A stretch of 53,166 nt of DNA, filler included, from an uncultured virus (IMG/VR IMGVR_UViG_2124908030_000004) (taxonomy: Duplodnaviria; Heunggongvirae; Uroviricota; Caudoviricetes; Thumleimavirales; Hafunaviridae). It is 9 parts of one record of this genome, joined end to end, with 100 filler letters (N's around TTAATTAATTAA, not from the genome) between each part and the next. Parts side by side here need not be neighbours in the genome. Positions count along the whole stretch, not along the records: positions 3,940 to 10,609 come from IMGVR_UViG_2124908030_000004; positions 10,710 to 15,604 come from IMGVR_UViG_2124908030_000004; positions 15,705 to 19,002 come from IMGVR_UViG_2124908030_000004; positions 19,103 to 30,984 come from IMGVR_UViG_2124908030_000004; 5 more parts are not named here. One strand, written 5' to 3'. The notes beneath the pieces were generated by a model. That model did no database searches. It had not been told where the DNA came from and was given only the letters and a program-made list of their open reading frames with translations. Below are positions 9,135 to 19,103 of the stretch, one piece after another. The number at the start of each line of letters is the position of its first letter. The stretch's first letter is position 1. The translations under genes were made by a program, and so were the position numbers.

Positions 9135-9690
9135 TCAGAAAACGCTAACTGGTGAATATAGTGGCCGGACGGAAGAAGCTCGATGGGGCATGGACCTTCC
9201 TACTCCACACAGTGTGGATTCGCTTGACTTGACCCGAGAGCGAAAGCAAAAACCTGTCAATATCTTTCTCTCTGAGCTTCATGAGCTTGGCGGGGTTCAC
9301 TTCTGGAAGGCTTGCTTCGGAGCGCGATACTATTCTGAGCTTGTAGCAATCTGTATTCTAAGCCGACCATCTTCCCGGCACGTTGATGATGGAGATACGA
9401 TTGAAATATCCCGGTTCTGTACCCGCCCCGACCGACCAGCAAATACTGGGTCGTGGCTGATTGCGAAAGCCCGAAACTGGGCAGTGCTTGAGGGGTACGA
9501 CGAGATGATTGCCTACGCCGGAGTTGCTGATAACAAAGGCGTCGTCTATTCTGCAACCGGATTTGACTGTCCGAATTACGACAACCCCGGAACCGGCGGT
9601 GGTTCTGGATGGACAAGCCGAGAGAATCGCACGGAAGTTCCTGAGTATGAGAAGCGTAAGTGGATTTACGATCTCACTGAGATGAGGTAG
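9124..9690 (+). CDS. XF1762/Mom-like GNAT-fold protein (putative DNA modification enzyme)
   Basis: ELVAICILSRPSSRHVDDGDTIEISRFCT...SWLIAKA...GYDEMIAY...GVVYSATGF...GW..R...KRKW family pattern. Confidence 0.7.
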   Translation: MELDQKTLTGEYSGRTEEARWGMDLPTPHSVDSLDLTRERKQKPVNIFLSELHELGGVHFWKACFGARYYSELVAICILSRPSSRHVDDGDTIEISRFCTRPDRPANTGSWLIAKARNWAVLEGYDEMIAYAGVADNKGVVYSATGFDCPNYDNPGTGGGSGWTSRENRTEVPEYEKRKWIYDLTEMR

Positions 9691-9696
9691 ACAATC

Positions 9697-10005
9697 ATGA
9701 TTCATTCAACAGAACACGACAACGAACTGTGGGCGTTCTTTGCACGGCAGCTCAAGAAGTCTTGCAGTGCGAGTAAGTCTTCACCTTTGTACGGTGCAGC
9801 AGAGAAGATGGTACTTGAGGCGAACGAGAACGCCCGTCATACCGTTCTGGATAGGCACAACAATGAGGTAGATGTTGAATCTATACCAGAAGACGCGGCG
9901 AAATATCTTGCTGATGAAATGGCTGATGCAGCACATAACCGATTGCGAGAGATAGCACGGGGTGACCGCCGCCTCAACTATTCACGACGAACCAGCAGAC
10001 GTTGA
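9697..10005 (+). CDS. hypothetical protein
   Basis: ORF preceded by GAGGT. Confidence 0.55.
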   Translation: MIHSTEHDNELWAFFARQLKKSCSASKSSPLYGAAEKMVLEANENARHTVLDRHNNEVDVESIPEDAAKYLADEMADAAHNRLREIARGDRRLNYSRRTSRR

Positions 10006-10029
10006 TGTAGACGGCCCTTTCTGACGACA

Positions 10030-10077
10030 CTCTGAGTGGTCTTTTCTGAGGGTTCGATTCCCTTGCAGAGCTTGCGG
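10030..10077 (+). ncRNA. tRNA-like mini-element
   Basis: CTCTG/CAGAG stem + TGAGGG-TTCGATT-CCCTTG arm, then CTTGCGG; next ATG at 10097. Confidence 0.6.
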
Positions 10078-10096
10078 TGCAGAATGGAGAACGACA

Positions 10097-10480
10097 ATGA
10101 GTGATAGCGACCTAACTCTGACGGAAGATGAGAAAGACCTGCTCCGCCGTGCTGGAGCAAGCAATGCACTGCTGCGACTCATTGACGAGTCAACTGACGG
10201 GCTGGTCCGGTACGATGGAAAGAGCATTGTTCGGCACAGTGCGCGTCAGGAGTGTAAAAAGTACGTTCGGGACACTCATTCCCCGGCTTGGATTGACGAG
10301 GACAGCCCAGAGAGTTTCACTCACATGGGCGGCGGCTTCTTCTCAGCAATGTGGGACGGTGACCTCTACGGCGCATACTGTCGTGCTGACCCGAACAACA
10401 AAGTTCTGCTTCAGGAGGTCTTCACTTCGTATGAAGTCAACCGAACGAAGCCTCCGAGTCGAAAGAAGGCAAGTTTCTGA
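10097..10480 (+). CDS. hypothetical protein
   Basis: 127-aa ORF with GGAGA upstream. Confidence 0.65.
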   Translation: MSDSDLTLTEDEKDLLRRAGASNALLRLIDESTDGLVRYDGKSIVRHSARQECKKYVRDTHSPAWIDEDSPESFTHMGGGFFSAMWDGDLYGAYCRADPNNKVLLQEVFTSYEVNRTKPPSRKKASF

Positions 10481-10709
10481 TGCCTGAAATAAATCACCGA
10501 TACGCGATTCAACTCCTCGAGGCGAAGCACGAGCGATTCGAAATAGCAGAGCGCGACCACGAGGAGCGATTGCGAGTAATCAGCGAAGCGATTGAGGCAC
10601 TCAAAGAATNNNNNNNNNNNNNNNNNNNNNNNNNNNNNNNNNNNNNNNNNNNNTTAATTAATTAANNNNNNNNNNNNNNNNNNNNNNNNNNNNNNNNNNN
10701 NNNNNNNNN

Positions 10710-10886
10710 AGACTTTCGTTCAACAGCGAACGGAGCCTCAAGCGTGTCATTATTCCCGTAGTGATCGGGCTGATGAACAGCATAGTCACCAGTCTCAATT
10801 GTATTCTGAAGAACCTCTACTGGTTGTTCTTCAAAAGTGAATGGCTTGTTCTCTCGAGTATCTACCACAATAGTAAACTCAGACAC
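10710..10886 (-). CDS. ERCC4/XPF-family nuclease (partial)
   Basis: IVVDTRE...GDY...VERKS signature; truncated by the linker. Confidence 0.8.
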
Positions 10887-11356
10887 TATGACCGCCTCTC
10901 GTCAACCACACCCATTCCAGCCAAGACGACCTTGTTAGAAAATCCGAGGTCTTCTTGCATTGAGGTGAACAGTGGGTCGTTATCATTACTGGTTGGATAG
11001 AAGCGGTAATCATCAACCTCGTCATTACAAACGAGGATGCAAACAGAGAATGCAATCAAATCTGTCCGCTTGCCAAGGCTTCTGTGGTCAAGACCGTCGA
11101 ACAATCGCCGGGCTTCCTTCTTCTGATAATCAGTCAAGCAGAGGTGCCCACAGAGTGCGTCAAGAATGGCGAGATTATCTTGTCGGTAGCGGACCTCTTT
11201 GTTTTCCTCGCGGCGATCTTTCCAAGTCCCCCTGTGGTAAAATCGGAGCTGCTTGAATCGTTCTGGGTTCGATGCTTCGTCGGGATTGAAGAACGTCGCG
11301 TTCTCAGTATTCGGTGTAATTACTTCAGATGGCTCTTTTTCTTGTGGAGATTCCAT
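10886..11356 (-). CDS. TFB/TFIIB cyclin-repeat-like protein
   Basis: LAILDALCGHLCLTDYQKKEARRLF...GKRTDLIAFSVC resembles the first cyclin fold of TFB. Confidence 0.55.
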   Translation of the reverse strand: MESPQEKEPSEVITPNTENATFFNPDEASNPERFKQLRFYHRGTWKDRREENKEVRYRQDNLAILDALCGHLCLTDYQKKEARRLFDGLDHRSLGKRTDLIAFSVCILVCNDEVDDYRFYPTSNDNDPLFTSMQEDLGFSNKVVLAGMGVVDERRS

Positions 11357-11483
11357 AGAAAATCAATTCTCTTAGATAGAAAGGTACCGCTTAACCCCCT
11401 CAATGAATCTTATCTCAATAGATTATAATATTAAGATAATATACTAACATTCATTGAGGAGTTTGACCGTTCTCAATTCCTTC

Positions 11484-11528
11484 CTACTCTATTACACAAC
11501 GTGTAATAACTTAAAACTACCGATTTAA
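11484..11528 (-). promoter_or_regulatory. conserved viral promoter, class B (palindromic)
   Basis: Minus strand CGGTAG-TTTTAAG-TTATTACACGTTGTGTAATAGAGTAG; near-identical at 29389 and 33662. Confidence 0.8.
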
Positions 11529-11592
11529 TTCCTTGACCCTTATGAGTACCACCACATCAATCTTAACAACGGGCGGCCCGAAGGTGAACAGA

Positions 11593-12081
11593 ATGGAGGA
11601 AAATTGGCTTTGGTATTTAAGTGGGGCTGTTGACAGCCTTGCCACGCTGGTCGTCCGCATCAGGAAAGACGACCGATACGAGTTGGGCTATCAACAGAGT
11701 CCCGAACTGCATATCTCACGAGACGAACAGTATAGTTCTATTTATGGTATGCTTGATGAATATTGTGAAGAACACTTTGTGAAATATCGAATAGATGAGA
11801 ATAAAGGGACTCAGACGTTTGCTATTGGAAATCCAGAAAGCATTGTGAATTTCCTTCAGCCGATAGTAGGTGGGTTCATTCAGCAGCAACAAGCAGCAAT
11901 GTTTCTCGTTGATGAATACCTACCACTGTTTGAAAAATATCGGAGTCCTACTAAGCCACAATTCATTGAGTTGATGGAGAAGCGAGACAAACTTCGGGAG
12001 TATTCTCGTCGCCAGCGCAACTCTAAGTATGACGCAGATTACTTCCGCGACCTCTGGAGTGACGAGCTATCAGGCGAGTAG
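11593..12081 (+). CDS. LAGLIDADG-like endonuclease/DNA-binding protein
   Basis: WYLSGAVDSLATLVVRIRK...GYQQSPELHIS single-motif LAGLIDADG pattern. Confidence 0.6.
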   Translation: MEENWLWYLSGAVDSLATLVVRIRKDDRYELGYQQSPELHISRDEQYSSIYGMLDEYCEEHFVKYRIDENKGTQTFAIGNPESIVNFLQPIVGGFIQQQQAAMFLVDEYLPLFEKYRSPTKPQFIELMEKRDKLREYSRRQRNSKYDADYFRDLWSDELSGE

Positions 12082-12618
12082 TTCTTGCCGCGCTCGATCT
12101 GCAATCTCATTCTCGCCGTCATTCTCAAGCCATTGGATGAACTGCTGAACTTTCTCAATAGGCACAGATTCTTGTCCCGACTGAATGCGGCGCTTGGTAG
12201 ACGGCATGAGAGCGTTCTCCTCAACCACCTCAATGACGTTCATATCTTCATCTACTTTTGCGACAGGGCAGTCTTCAATATCAATATCATCAATCGTATC
12301 AGAAGAATGCACACCCTTGCCTCGCTTTTGACCGAGATGAATTTTGACACCTTGGTATCCTCGGAAGGCTTGTCCACAGTAAGGACACAATCGGGCAGTG
12401 GTATCTACTGACCGGGACTCAGGATAATCAAGTTGTACGTTCTTGGTTCCAACTTCTTCCAAGTTGTCAAGGTCTAATTTCTCAGGAACATCTCCGTGCG
12501 GCCCGTGACCACCACCAGACGACTGACGAATGTGCAAATGCATACCACGAGATAGACCCTCATGCTCGCAACCATCGACCGGACAGCGGACCACTCGTTC
12601 TTCGTTGCTGGACGGCAT
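12070..12618 (-). CDS. C2H2-type zinc-finger protein
   Basis: CPVDGC...HLHI and CPYC...VKIHLG. Confidence 0.7.
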   Translation of the reverse strand: MPSSNEERVVRCPVDGCEHEGLSRGMHLHIRQSSGGGHGPHGDVPEKLDLDNLEEVGTKNVQLDYPESRSVDTTARLCPYCGQAFRGYQGVKIHLGQKRGKGVHSSDTIDDIDIEDCPVAKVDEDMNVIEVVEENALMPSTKRRIQSGQESVPIEKVQQFIQWLENDGENEIADRARQELLA

Positions 12619-12671
12619 ACATCACAAAGATGGGCTCTACCAGCATAATTCTTTGCCAAAGAAGAATCAAG

Positions 12672-12710
12672 TCGGTATCTTTAAGTCCTTGGACGTTGTT
12701 TAATAGAGTA
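12672..12710 (+). promoter_or_regulatory. conserved viral promoter, class A
   Basis: TCGGTATC-TTTAAG-TCCTTGGACGTTGTTTAATAGAGTA; TATA-like box; repeated at 13263 and 21572. Confidence 0.8.
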
Positions 12711-12983
12711 AGGAGGGCGCGGCGTCGGTGGGCCGCCGTCCTTCAGGTGATTTTGCGATGGGCCGCCGCTCGTATGGGAGTCACAACCCACGGCGGCTTT
12801 GCGGTTGTAGTAGAGTGAGTCAAATTACCAATTAGTTCCTACCATGAGTAACAAACACAACGCCCACTTCGAGAAGCAGCAGCAAGGACCGACACCAACC
12901 CACCCCTCGATTGGAAACAACGACGACGACGACCCAAGCCCGCCGGGTATCGGCAGGGTCACGACAAATAACGAGGCAAGTGC

Positions 12984-13244
12984 ATGACTGTAACCATCTA
13001 CGAGGACGATCAGCGAACGTTCGAAACGCACGACCGAGAGGGATACAAGTACATGGACAAAGAGCGTGGCAGTATCTTTTATTTTAACGCTATTAATATT
13101 ACTGACGACGGGTACCTTGAGTTCCGTCGCCTCCGTTCATCTTCAGGTTTTCTTGCTGGTGTAATTCACAAACTGCATGAGCTTCCCCGTTCCCTCCTCA
13201 ATGAATTTGAGCGCATTGAGCGAGGTGATGACGGTAGTAACTGA
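12984..13244 (+). CDS. hypothetical protein
   Basis: ORF downstream of a class A promoter. Confidence 0.5.
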   Translation: MTVTIYEDDQRTFETHDREGYKYMDKERGSIFYFNAINITDDGYLEFRRLRSSSGFLAGVIHKLHELPRSLLNEFERIERGDDGSN

Positions 13245-13262
13245 GTCGGCCAAGGAATTAAA

Positions 13263-13300
13263 TCGGTATCATTAAGTCCTTGGCCGTTGTGTTATAGAGT
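13263..13300 (+). promoter_or_regulatory. conserved viral promoter, class A variant
   Basis: TCGGTATC-ATTAAG-TCCTTGGCCGTTGTGTTATAGAGT. Confidence 0.75.
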
Positions 13301-13335
13301 GGGGGCACACACTCCCTCGCTCCAATTTTCCTTTT

Positions 13336-13385
13336 TGGAGAGCCTACGGGTAGGATAACTGCTGGTTCGATTCCAGCCTCTCCGC
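13336..13385 (+). ncRNA. tRNA-like mini-element
   Basis: GGAGAG/CTCTCC stem, CCTA-CGGG-TAGG hairpin, GCTGG-TTCGATT-CCAGC T-arm. Confidence 0.7.
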
Positions 13386-13466
13386 TTCCCCCACGGCGCA
13401 AAAATAGCCGTGGCAAAGACGAACAGTGCGGTAACCAGAGACACCAATTGCGGCAGCTTAACTCAA

Positions 13467-14387
13467 ATGAGCATTTACGACACCGACTACAACAGTGGCG
13501 GCAACAGCGGGAACAACAGCGGCTCCGACGACTTCGAAGACCGAGCAAACCTGAAGCTCGACAAGAACGCAGCGATTCAGTTCTCTGTCTCTCGTCTCGA
13601 TGAGTACGGTGACTCCTACGGTCAGAAGCTTATCGTTGACATGGACGACGTTGAGGTTCTTGACGGTATCCTCATGGAGCGTAGTCCCGGCTCCGACGAC
13701 GACAACACGGTCAAGATTTTCTCGTGGGGAACGTGGTTCGACACTGACGACAACGGCCAGCTACTCGAGGATGTTAGCAAAGACGACGTTCCGACTCGTC
13801 ACGCTGAGTCGTTCGGTTCTAACGACTACAGTTACGAACTCGTTGACGCGGTTCAAGAGGGCGGTGACACGATTGAGGTTGGCAACCTGACCGGCTGGTT
13901 CCTAAACCAGACCAAGTACCGCACCTTTGCCAAGGTGTTCACGCCACAGGGTCACAACGTCGTTGCCGACAAGGAAGACGACTACAATTGGCTTGCGACT
14001 GACAGCCCAGCCGTTCGTGAAGACCTTCAGGGCCGGCGTGTGACTATGTTCTTCGCCAAGCAGTCCTTCACCCCGGACGACCAAGACGAGCCGGTAGAGT
14101 ACACCGACGCCGTTCTCCTTGACGCCAACTCGGGTGCCGGCATCACCATCGCCAACGGCTCAAGTAGCTCCGGTAGTTCCGGCAGTAGCTCCGGCGGCAG
14201 CGGTTCGGTCGGCGGCAGCGGTGGCCTACCGGACGGCGTTCCCGAAGCAGCCGACGACATGATTGACTTCCTCGCCCGGACGGAGCAGACCGACCCGGAC
14301 GAGATTGAGACTGTCATTGAGAGCGAGGTCGGTGACGCCAGCTACGACCTTGAGGCAGTCGTTGACGAGATTGAGAGCCGGCAGTAA
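13467..14387 (+). CDS. highly acidic replication-region protein (possible ssDNA-binding protein)
   Basis: Gly/Ser linker and acidic C-terminal domain; upstream of a helicase-like ATPase; function is inference. Confidence 0.6.
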   Translation: MSIYDTDYNSGGNSGNNSGSDDFEDRANLKLDKNAAIQFSVSRLDEYGDSYGQKLIVDMDDVEVLDGILMERSPGSDDDNTVKIFSWGTWFDTDDNGQLLEDVSKDDVPTRHAESFGSNDYSYELVDAVQEGGDTIEVGNLTGWFLNQTKYRTFAKVFTPQGHNVVADKEDDYNWLATDSPAVREDLQGRRVTMFFAKQSFTPDDQDEPVEYTDAVLLDANSGAGITIANGSSSSGSSGSSSGGSGSVGGSGGLPDGVPEAADDMIDFLARTEQTDPDEIETVIESEVGDASYDLEAVVDEIESRQ

Positions 14388-14674
14388 TGCCGGTTGATTT
14401 CGAACGTGTTGCAAACGCCATTGAAGAATTCGATCTCACAGCCGACGAGGTTGAGGAGATTGCTGATTCTGTTGGACTGGTGTTTGCCACAGCAGGTGCC
14501 AAGCGGCAGCACAAGGAGTATGAGCCGGACAATGTAGAACGCGGACTGGCGGCTTCGGTGCCGGACGGACAAGCCCACGATTCCGTTGCGGCGGTTCTAC
14601 AAGAACTGTGCTGGACGGCGGTAGAGAAAGAACACGCGAAGCGGGCAGAGCAGTACGTGCGGGAAGACGAGTAA
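14387..14674 (+). CDS. hypothetical protein
   Basis: TAATG-coupled ORF. Confidence 0.65.
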   Translation: MPVDFERVANAIEEFDLTADEVEEIADSVGLVFATAGAKRQHKEYEPDNVERGLAASVPDGQAHDSVAAVLQELCWTAVEKEHAKRAEQYVREDE

Positions 14675-14747
14675 CGTCCGGAGTTTTAGGTCTATGAAAC
14701 AGGTCAATGAAATTTAACTCTGAATTACAACCAGCGGTTCCATTCAA

Positions 14748-15604
14748 ATGGACGACGATTACACACCGTCACTCTATGACATTAGCCAGTTGTCCCGTGA
14801 CTTCGGACTTGTAGGAGAACGCGATACCCACCTTGTCGTTTTCCTCTCGTTCCTCAAGGGCGGCATGGTCGCCATGACGGGTCTTTCTCGCGGCGGAAAG
14901 GACTTCGTGACCGACGCAGCCAACTATTGTATGCCGAACGACGAGGTGTTCAAAGTGCCCACTTCCACCTCCAAGGTCGCGCTATACGAAAAGATGGACC
15001 AGATGAACAATGCTCGGGTCCACCGCTACCCCGACATTGCTACGCTCGAGGACAAGACACACCTTGAGGAGATTATGAAGTCTCACGGCGAGGGTCGAAA
15101 CATTACCCACGAGCGGGCGCTTCCCGGTGGCGGCACCGAGGATTTCACGCTCACTCCGCCAGACTGCTTCGTGCTGTTCGTCGCGTCTGACAACGAGCAG
15201 GTTGACCTCAATGACTACCCCGAACTTCGCAATCGGGCGCTTACCGTGAGCATTGACGCCAGCAAGGAGCTGACTGAGAAGGTCAACAGCAATCAGGCTA
15301 TGCGGATGGCTGGTCTTGAGGAACCCAACTTTACGAAAGACGAGCGCAATCAGCTTCGCAGCTACGTCGGCGGCATTCCGGTCAAGACCTATGCCAGCGA
15401 TAAGGGCATGGACGGCGACACTCTCAATCCTGTCGCCCCAGCACTTGACGAGCAGAACCCACTGCCTCAGCACTTCACCGAAGCGCGGCAGGACTTCCCC
15501 CGGCTGATGAACTTCGTCCGCTCGATCTCCATGTTCCACTATCAAGACCGAATGGAGAAAGCGATTCCAGAGCGAGAAGAAACGACGACGCTGCTAATCA
15601 CGCC
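14748..15604 (+). CDS. AAA+ P-loop ATPase, putative replicative helicase (partial)
   Basis: Walker A-like GLSRGGKD; ELRNR arginine-finger-like motif; truncated by the linker. Confidence 0.65.
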
Positions 15605-15704
15605 NNNNNNNNNNNNNNNNNNNNNNNNNNNNNNNNNNNNNNNNNNNNTTAATTAATTAANNNNNNNNNNNNNNNNNNNNNNNNNNNNNNNNNNNNNNNN
15701 NNNN

Positions 15705-16241
15705 AGCAGATTCGGCGTCTGGCTGAGGAGTTGAAGCCGTCCAAGTGGTGTGTCAGACAGGCAATCACGGAGAGATTCGCATTTCCGGGTCGTCGCAGAA
15801 CGCGAACGGCGATGATATTATCTACCGGATGCTTGACGGTCTGGTCCGTGCGGCTGACATGGAGAACGTGACCTTCATCCGGAACGACCGAACGGGGTAC
15901 ACGAACTTCACAATGCGAGGCCACAAGGGTCACCTTCGGCAGGTCAGAACGCCGGAGAGCATATCGGAACCGCAGCCAAGAAGCGTGATTGGCGTGGTTG
16001 GAAGCTACAGCACAGATTCGACATTGCCTATCTCGGTCACTATCACATCCAAGGGCAGGACAGAGTGATGGAGTCGCCCGTTATCCGTTCGGGCAGCATC
16101 AAGCCGCCGGACGACTTTGAGGAGAGCATCTCCGAGTGGTCCATGCCGGCGTGTACCATTCACGGCGTCAGTGACGAGGAGCCGAAGACGTGGAGTTTCG
16201 ACGTGAACTTCGAACCTAAGGAACCAAAGACTCAGACCTAA
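15705..16241 (+). CDS. calcineurin-like metallophosphoesterase (partial, frameshifted)
   Basis: VVCQTGNHG in one frame and FDIAYLGHYH...SGSIK in another. Confidence 0.6.
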
Positions 16242-16306
16242 CGCTCTGATTCTATGCAAAGAGTTAAGGTACCGACTTCTGTTGACCAACAAGTAAACAC
16301 CAACTA

Positions 16307-16719
16307 ATGTCTGACAATTTCGACCTCGAAAAGCAGCCCAGAGCCGACAAACTCCGCGTTGAGAACGACCACAACGATTACGCGCTTCATTCATTCTGGG
16401 GAGAGTACGCTCACCTCCCGATGCGGTTCCGTGCCTACCACGCCGGTCGCGTGATCAATGATGAAGAACGCCCGGTTACTTTGACGAGTTCATTCCTGTC
16501 ACCAGCGAGGGTGACCGTGGCGCTGTTCTCAAGAAAAACGTAGAAGAACTGACGACGTATTGCGACGAGTGCGACGACGTTGCAGCACGCAAGAACGAGA
16601 GAGGTGAAGCACAGTGCCCTGAGTGTGGGCTTATCTGTGTGACTGCCGGCCCTTCTTGCGAAGTAGTGTACGACCCGAAAGGAGCGGGCCGAGTTGATTC
16701 CAACGGTAACATCAAATGA
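16307..16719 (+). CDS. protein with C-terminal TFIIB-type zinc ribbon (frameshifted)
   Basis: Second frame reads YCDECDD...GEAQCPECGLI; stop at 16717-16719. Confidence 0.5.
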
Positions 16720-17054
16720 AGGAGATTAACATTGACCCCGAGACGGCAGAAGAAGTAATGACAGAGACGACGCTTAATGTTGAAGGGGAGAATCTGACAC
16801 TCGCGGAATTGTTTCAGGATATTGACGCGGCCCACAACGAGATTGACCAGTACAAGTCCGGTGCCCTCACACTGAATCAGGCACTTGACGAGCGGCTTCA
16901 AAAAGCAAAGAAGAACGCAGAAAGCGATGAGAAAATCGCGCTGCTGGAAGACATGAAAGACGCTGCCTTCGGTATCTATCTGAGAATTCACCGTGGCGAC
17001 CTCGAGTTGACCGGCGGACGGGGAGGTGAATACAGCGGCTACTTCGACTCATGA
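16716..17054 (+). CDS. hypothetical coiled-coil protein
   Basis: Acidic ORF with coupled start/stop. Confidence 0.7.
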   Translation: MKEINIDPETAEEVMTETTLNVEGENLTLAELFQDIDAAHNEIDQYKSGALTLNQALDERLQKAKKNAESDEKIALLEDMKDAAFGIYLRIHRGDLELTGGRGGEYSGYFDS

Positions 17055-17407
17055 CAAAACTATCAGAAGGAACCCCCGGCCTATGTCACACCATCACCGT
17101 CGCCCATGAGACAGACGACGGCTACGAGAACTACGAGGAGTTTCCGAACGTCCTTGACGTGATGAACCTGCCCAACAACACGCTCAAGTTCTACGCTGAA
17201 AACGGACTTGAGATGAAGAAAGGCGCTCGGGTTGTTCGATCACAGGTTCGTGGCATTGACGAAGCCTCTCGGAATCGCTGTTCTGAGTGTGAATCGCCAG
17301 AGTCAGATATTATCTCAGCGACGGCCCGACAAGAATCATTTACTCTATACTGTCCTGTCTGTCAAGAAGAAACAGAATATACAGAAAAAGAGTTTGATGA
17401 TATATGA
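17051..17407 (+). CDS. zinc-finger protein
   Basis: CSEC and CPVC motifs. Confidence 0.65.
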   Translation: MTKLSEGTPGLCHTITVAHETDDGYENYEEFPNVLDVMNLPNNTLKFYAENGLEMKKGARVVRSQVRGIDEASRNRCSECESPESDIISATARQESFTLYCPVCQEETEYTEKEFDDI

Positions 17408-17679
17408 TGGACACTAACCTCCTCAATGAAGTAGAACAGACAATCAAAACCCGAACAGAAGTTCACGGTGAAGTTGAAAATAACTTCACTGAGATAGCAA
17501 GATACTGGAATGTGTATCTTGAGAATGAAAACAAGCTATTTGAAAGCATTGAGGCGGAAGACGTAGCAGAGATGATGGCGTTGCTGAAACTTGCTCGTTC
17601 ACAGAGCGGGGAGTATAACGAAGACGACTACCGTGACCGACTTGGTTACGTGCTGTTCGCAAACAACATCAATGACTGA
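17404..17679 (+). CDS. DUF6378-like protein (nucleotide hydrolase-related)
   Basis: R...HG...NF..IA..W..YL...EDVA.MM.LLKLAR...D.Y.D..GY pattern. Confidence 0.7.
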   Translation: MMDTNLLNEVEQTIKTRTEVHGEVENNFTEIARYWNVYLENENKLFESIEAEDVAEMMALLKLARSQSGEYNEDDYRDRLGYVLFANNIND

Positions 17680-17936
17680 AGATTTCGACACCCGAGCTGA
17701 CGAACTGGCCGTGAACATCGAAGCGAAGATTGCAGAGTCTGCGGCTATCATAGCGAATACTGACTTCGACCCTCAGTACCGACGCATGGCAGAGCCGATA
17801 TGCCAAGCGCCAAGGAGCTATTCAGTCATGACTGGGCTTCCCGACGAGACGAAAGAGCGTTGACCAGTGTGCTGCAACACGCAGCANNNNNNNNNNNNNN
17901 NNNNNNNNNNNNNNNNNNNNNNNNNNNNNNNNNNNN

Positions 17937-18654
17937 ATGGCACCTCGCTCTCATTGAGTGGGTTGACGAACATGGCCGACGACCGGAGCGGTTCTCACAC
18001 CTGCTGACCGAGTGGCGCGATCACTTCCAGTGGCACGACCCCCACATCAAGAACTTCTTCATGTTCGAAGAACAGCGGTGGGAACTTGCCCTCAATGCTG
18101 CTGAATCTGAAGAAGAAGCCCTTGAGTTGTGGCTTCCGGTTGCCGTTGAAGCAGAAGGTCGTCTTGAGAAGCCACCAGCCGGCGACATTCCGTGGATGGG
18201 ATACGCCGACGCAGTGCTTCATGCAGAGACAGTCCCCGATGTTGACGCCGACGAGGGCGTTGTCATCATGGACTACAAGACGGGCAAGACGGAGGACAAG
18301 AAATACCGCGACGAAGGAATCTTCCTCGAGGGCGAGTTCTACGGTTGGCTCTTTGAGGAAGACCCGACGTTCGAACACAAGGTGGCTGCCGTGGGTGGCT
18401 ACTACCCACAGAATGACGACCTCGTTATCTCTCCGTACCCTGACTACGAGCGGCGGAACCTCATTCTTGACTCCGTGGAATCCATGCAGGAACCCCCGGA
18501 AGTAGAGAACTACGAACTTGACGAGAATCCGCTCTGTCACTACGGTCACGGCAAGTGCTTCTTCTACGATGATTGCCCGACGACGTGGGGAATGGAAGGT
18601 GGTGCTGGCTACCACAACAAGGCAGAGCCAGACGGCTCAATCAAGCCGAAATAG
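17937..18654 (+). CDS. Cas4-like/RecB-family PD-(D/E)XK nuclease (copy 2, N-terminus in or before the gap)
   Basis: AVEAE...GYADAV...DYKTGK and C-terminal cysteines. Confidence 0.8.
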
Positions 18655-18701
18655 CGACGAGCGGTAACTAACCTCGATTTCCTGCGGGCGGCAATTTACC
18701 A

Positions 18702-19002
18702 ATGATTACCGAATCAGTCAATTCAACGCTTGAGTATCAACTAAAAGATATGACCGAATGGCAGGGCCTCAATGCGGACCTTGTGATTACCGACCCACCA
18801 TTCGGTATAGAATTTGACGGAAAGCAGACCAACTACAATAGAGACGAGGAGAATGTCGTTGACGGTTATGTCGAATGGCCTGAGAACGATTACATGGAGA
18901 AGGTAAGCGAACTAATCAATGCGCTGTCTCGCAATCTGGCTGACGACGGACAGGCGCTCATTTTCTCCGGCTGGCAAAACAGCCCAGCAGTACATCAAGC
19001 CG
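18702..19002 (+). CDS. N6-adenine/N4-cytosine DNA methyltransferase (partial)
   Basis: ADLVITDPPF catalytic motif IV near the N-terminus. Confidence 0.85.
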
Positions 19003-19103
19003 NNNNNNNNNNNNNNNNNNNNNNNNNNNNNNNNNNNNNNNNNNNNTTAATTAATTAANNNNNNNNNNNNNNNNNNNNNNNNNNNNNNNNNNNNNNNNNN
19101 NNA

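Noticed and set aside
17937..18654. Cas4-like gene as evidence of a CRISPR-Cas system
   Set aside because: No repeat-spacer array or other cas genes seen; solo Cas4-like nucleases are common in archaeal viruses
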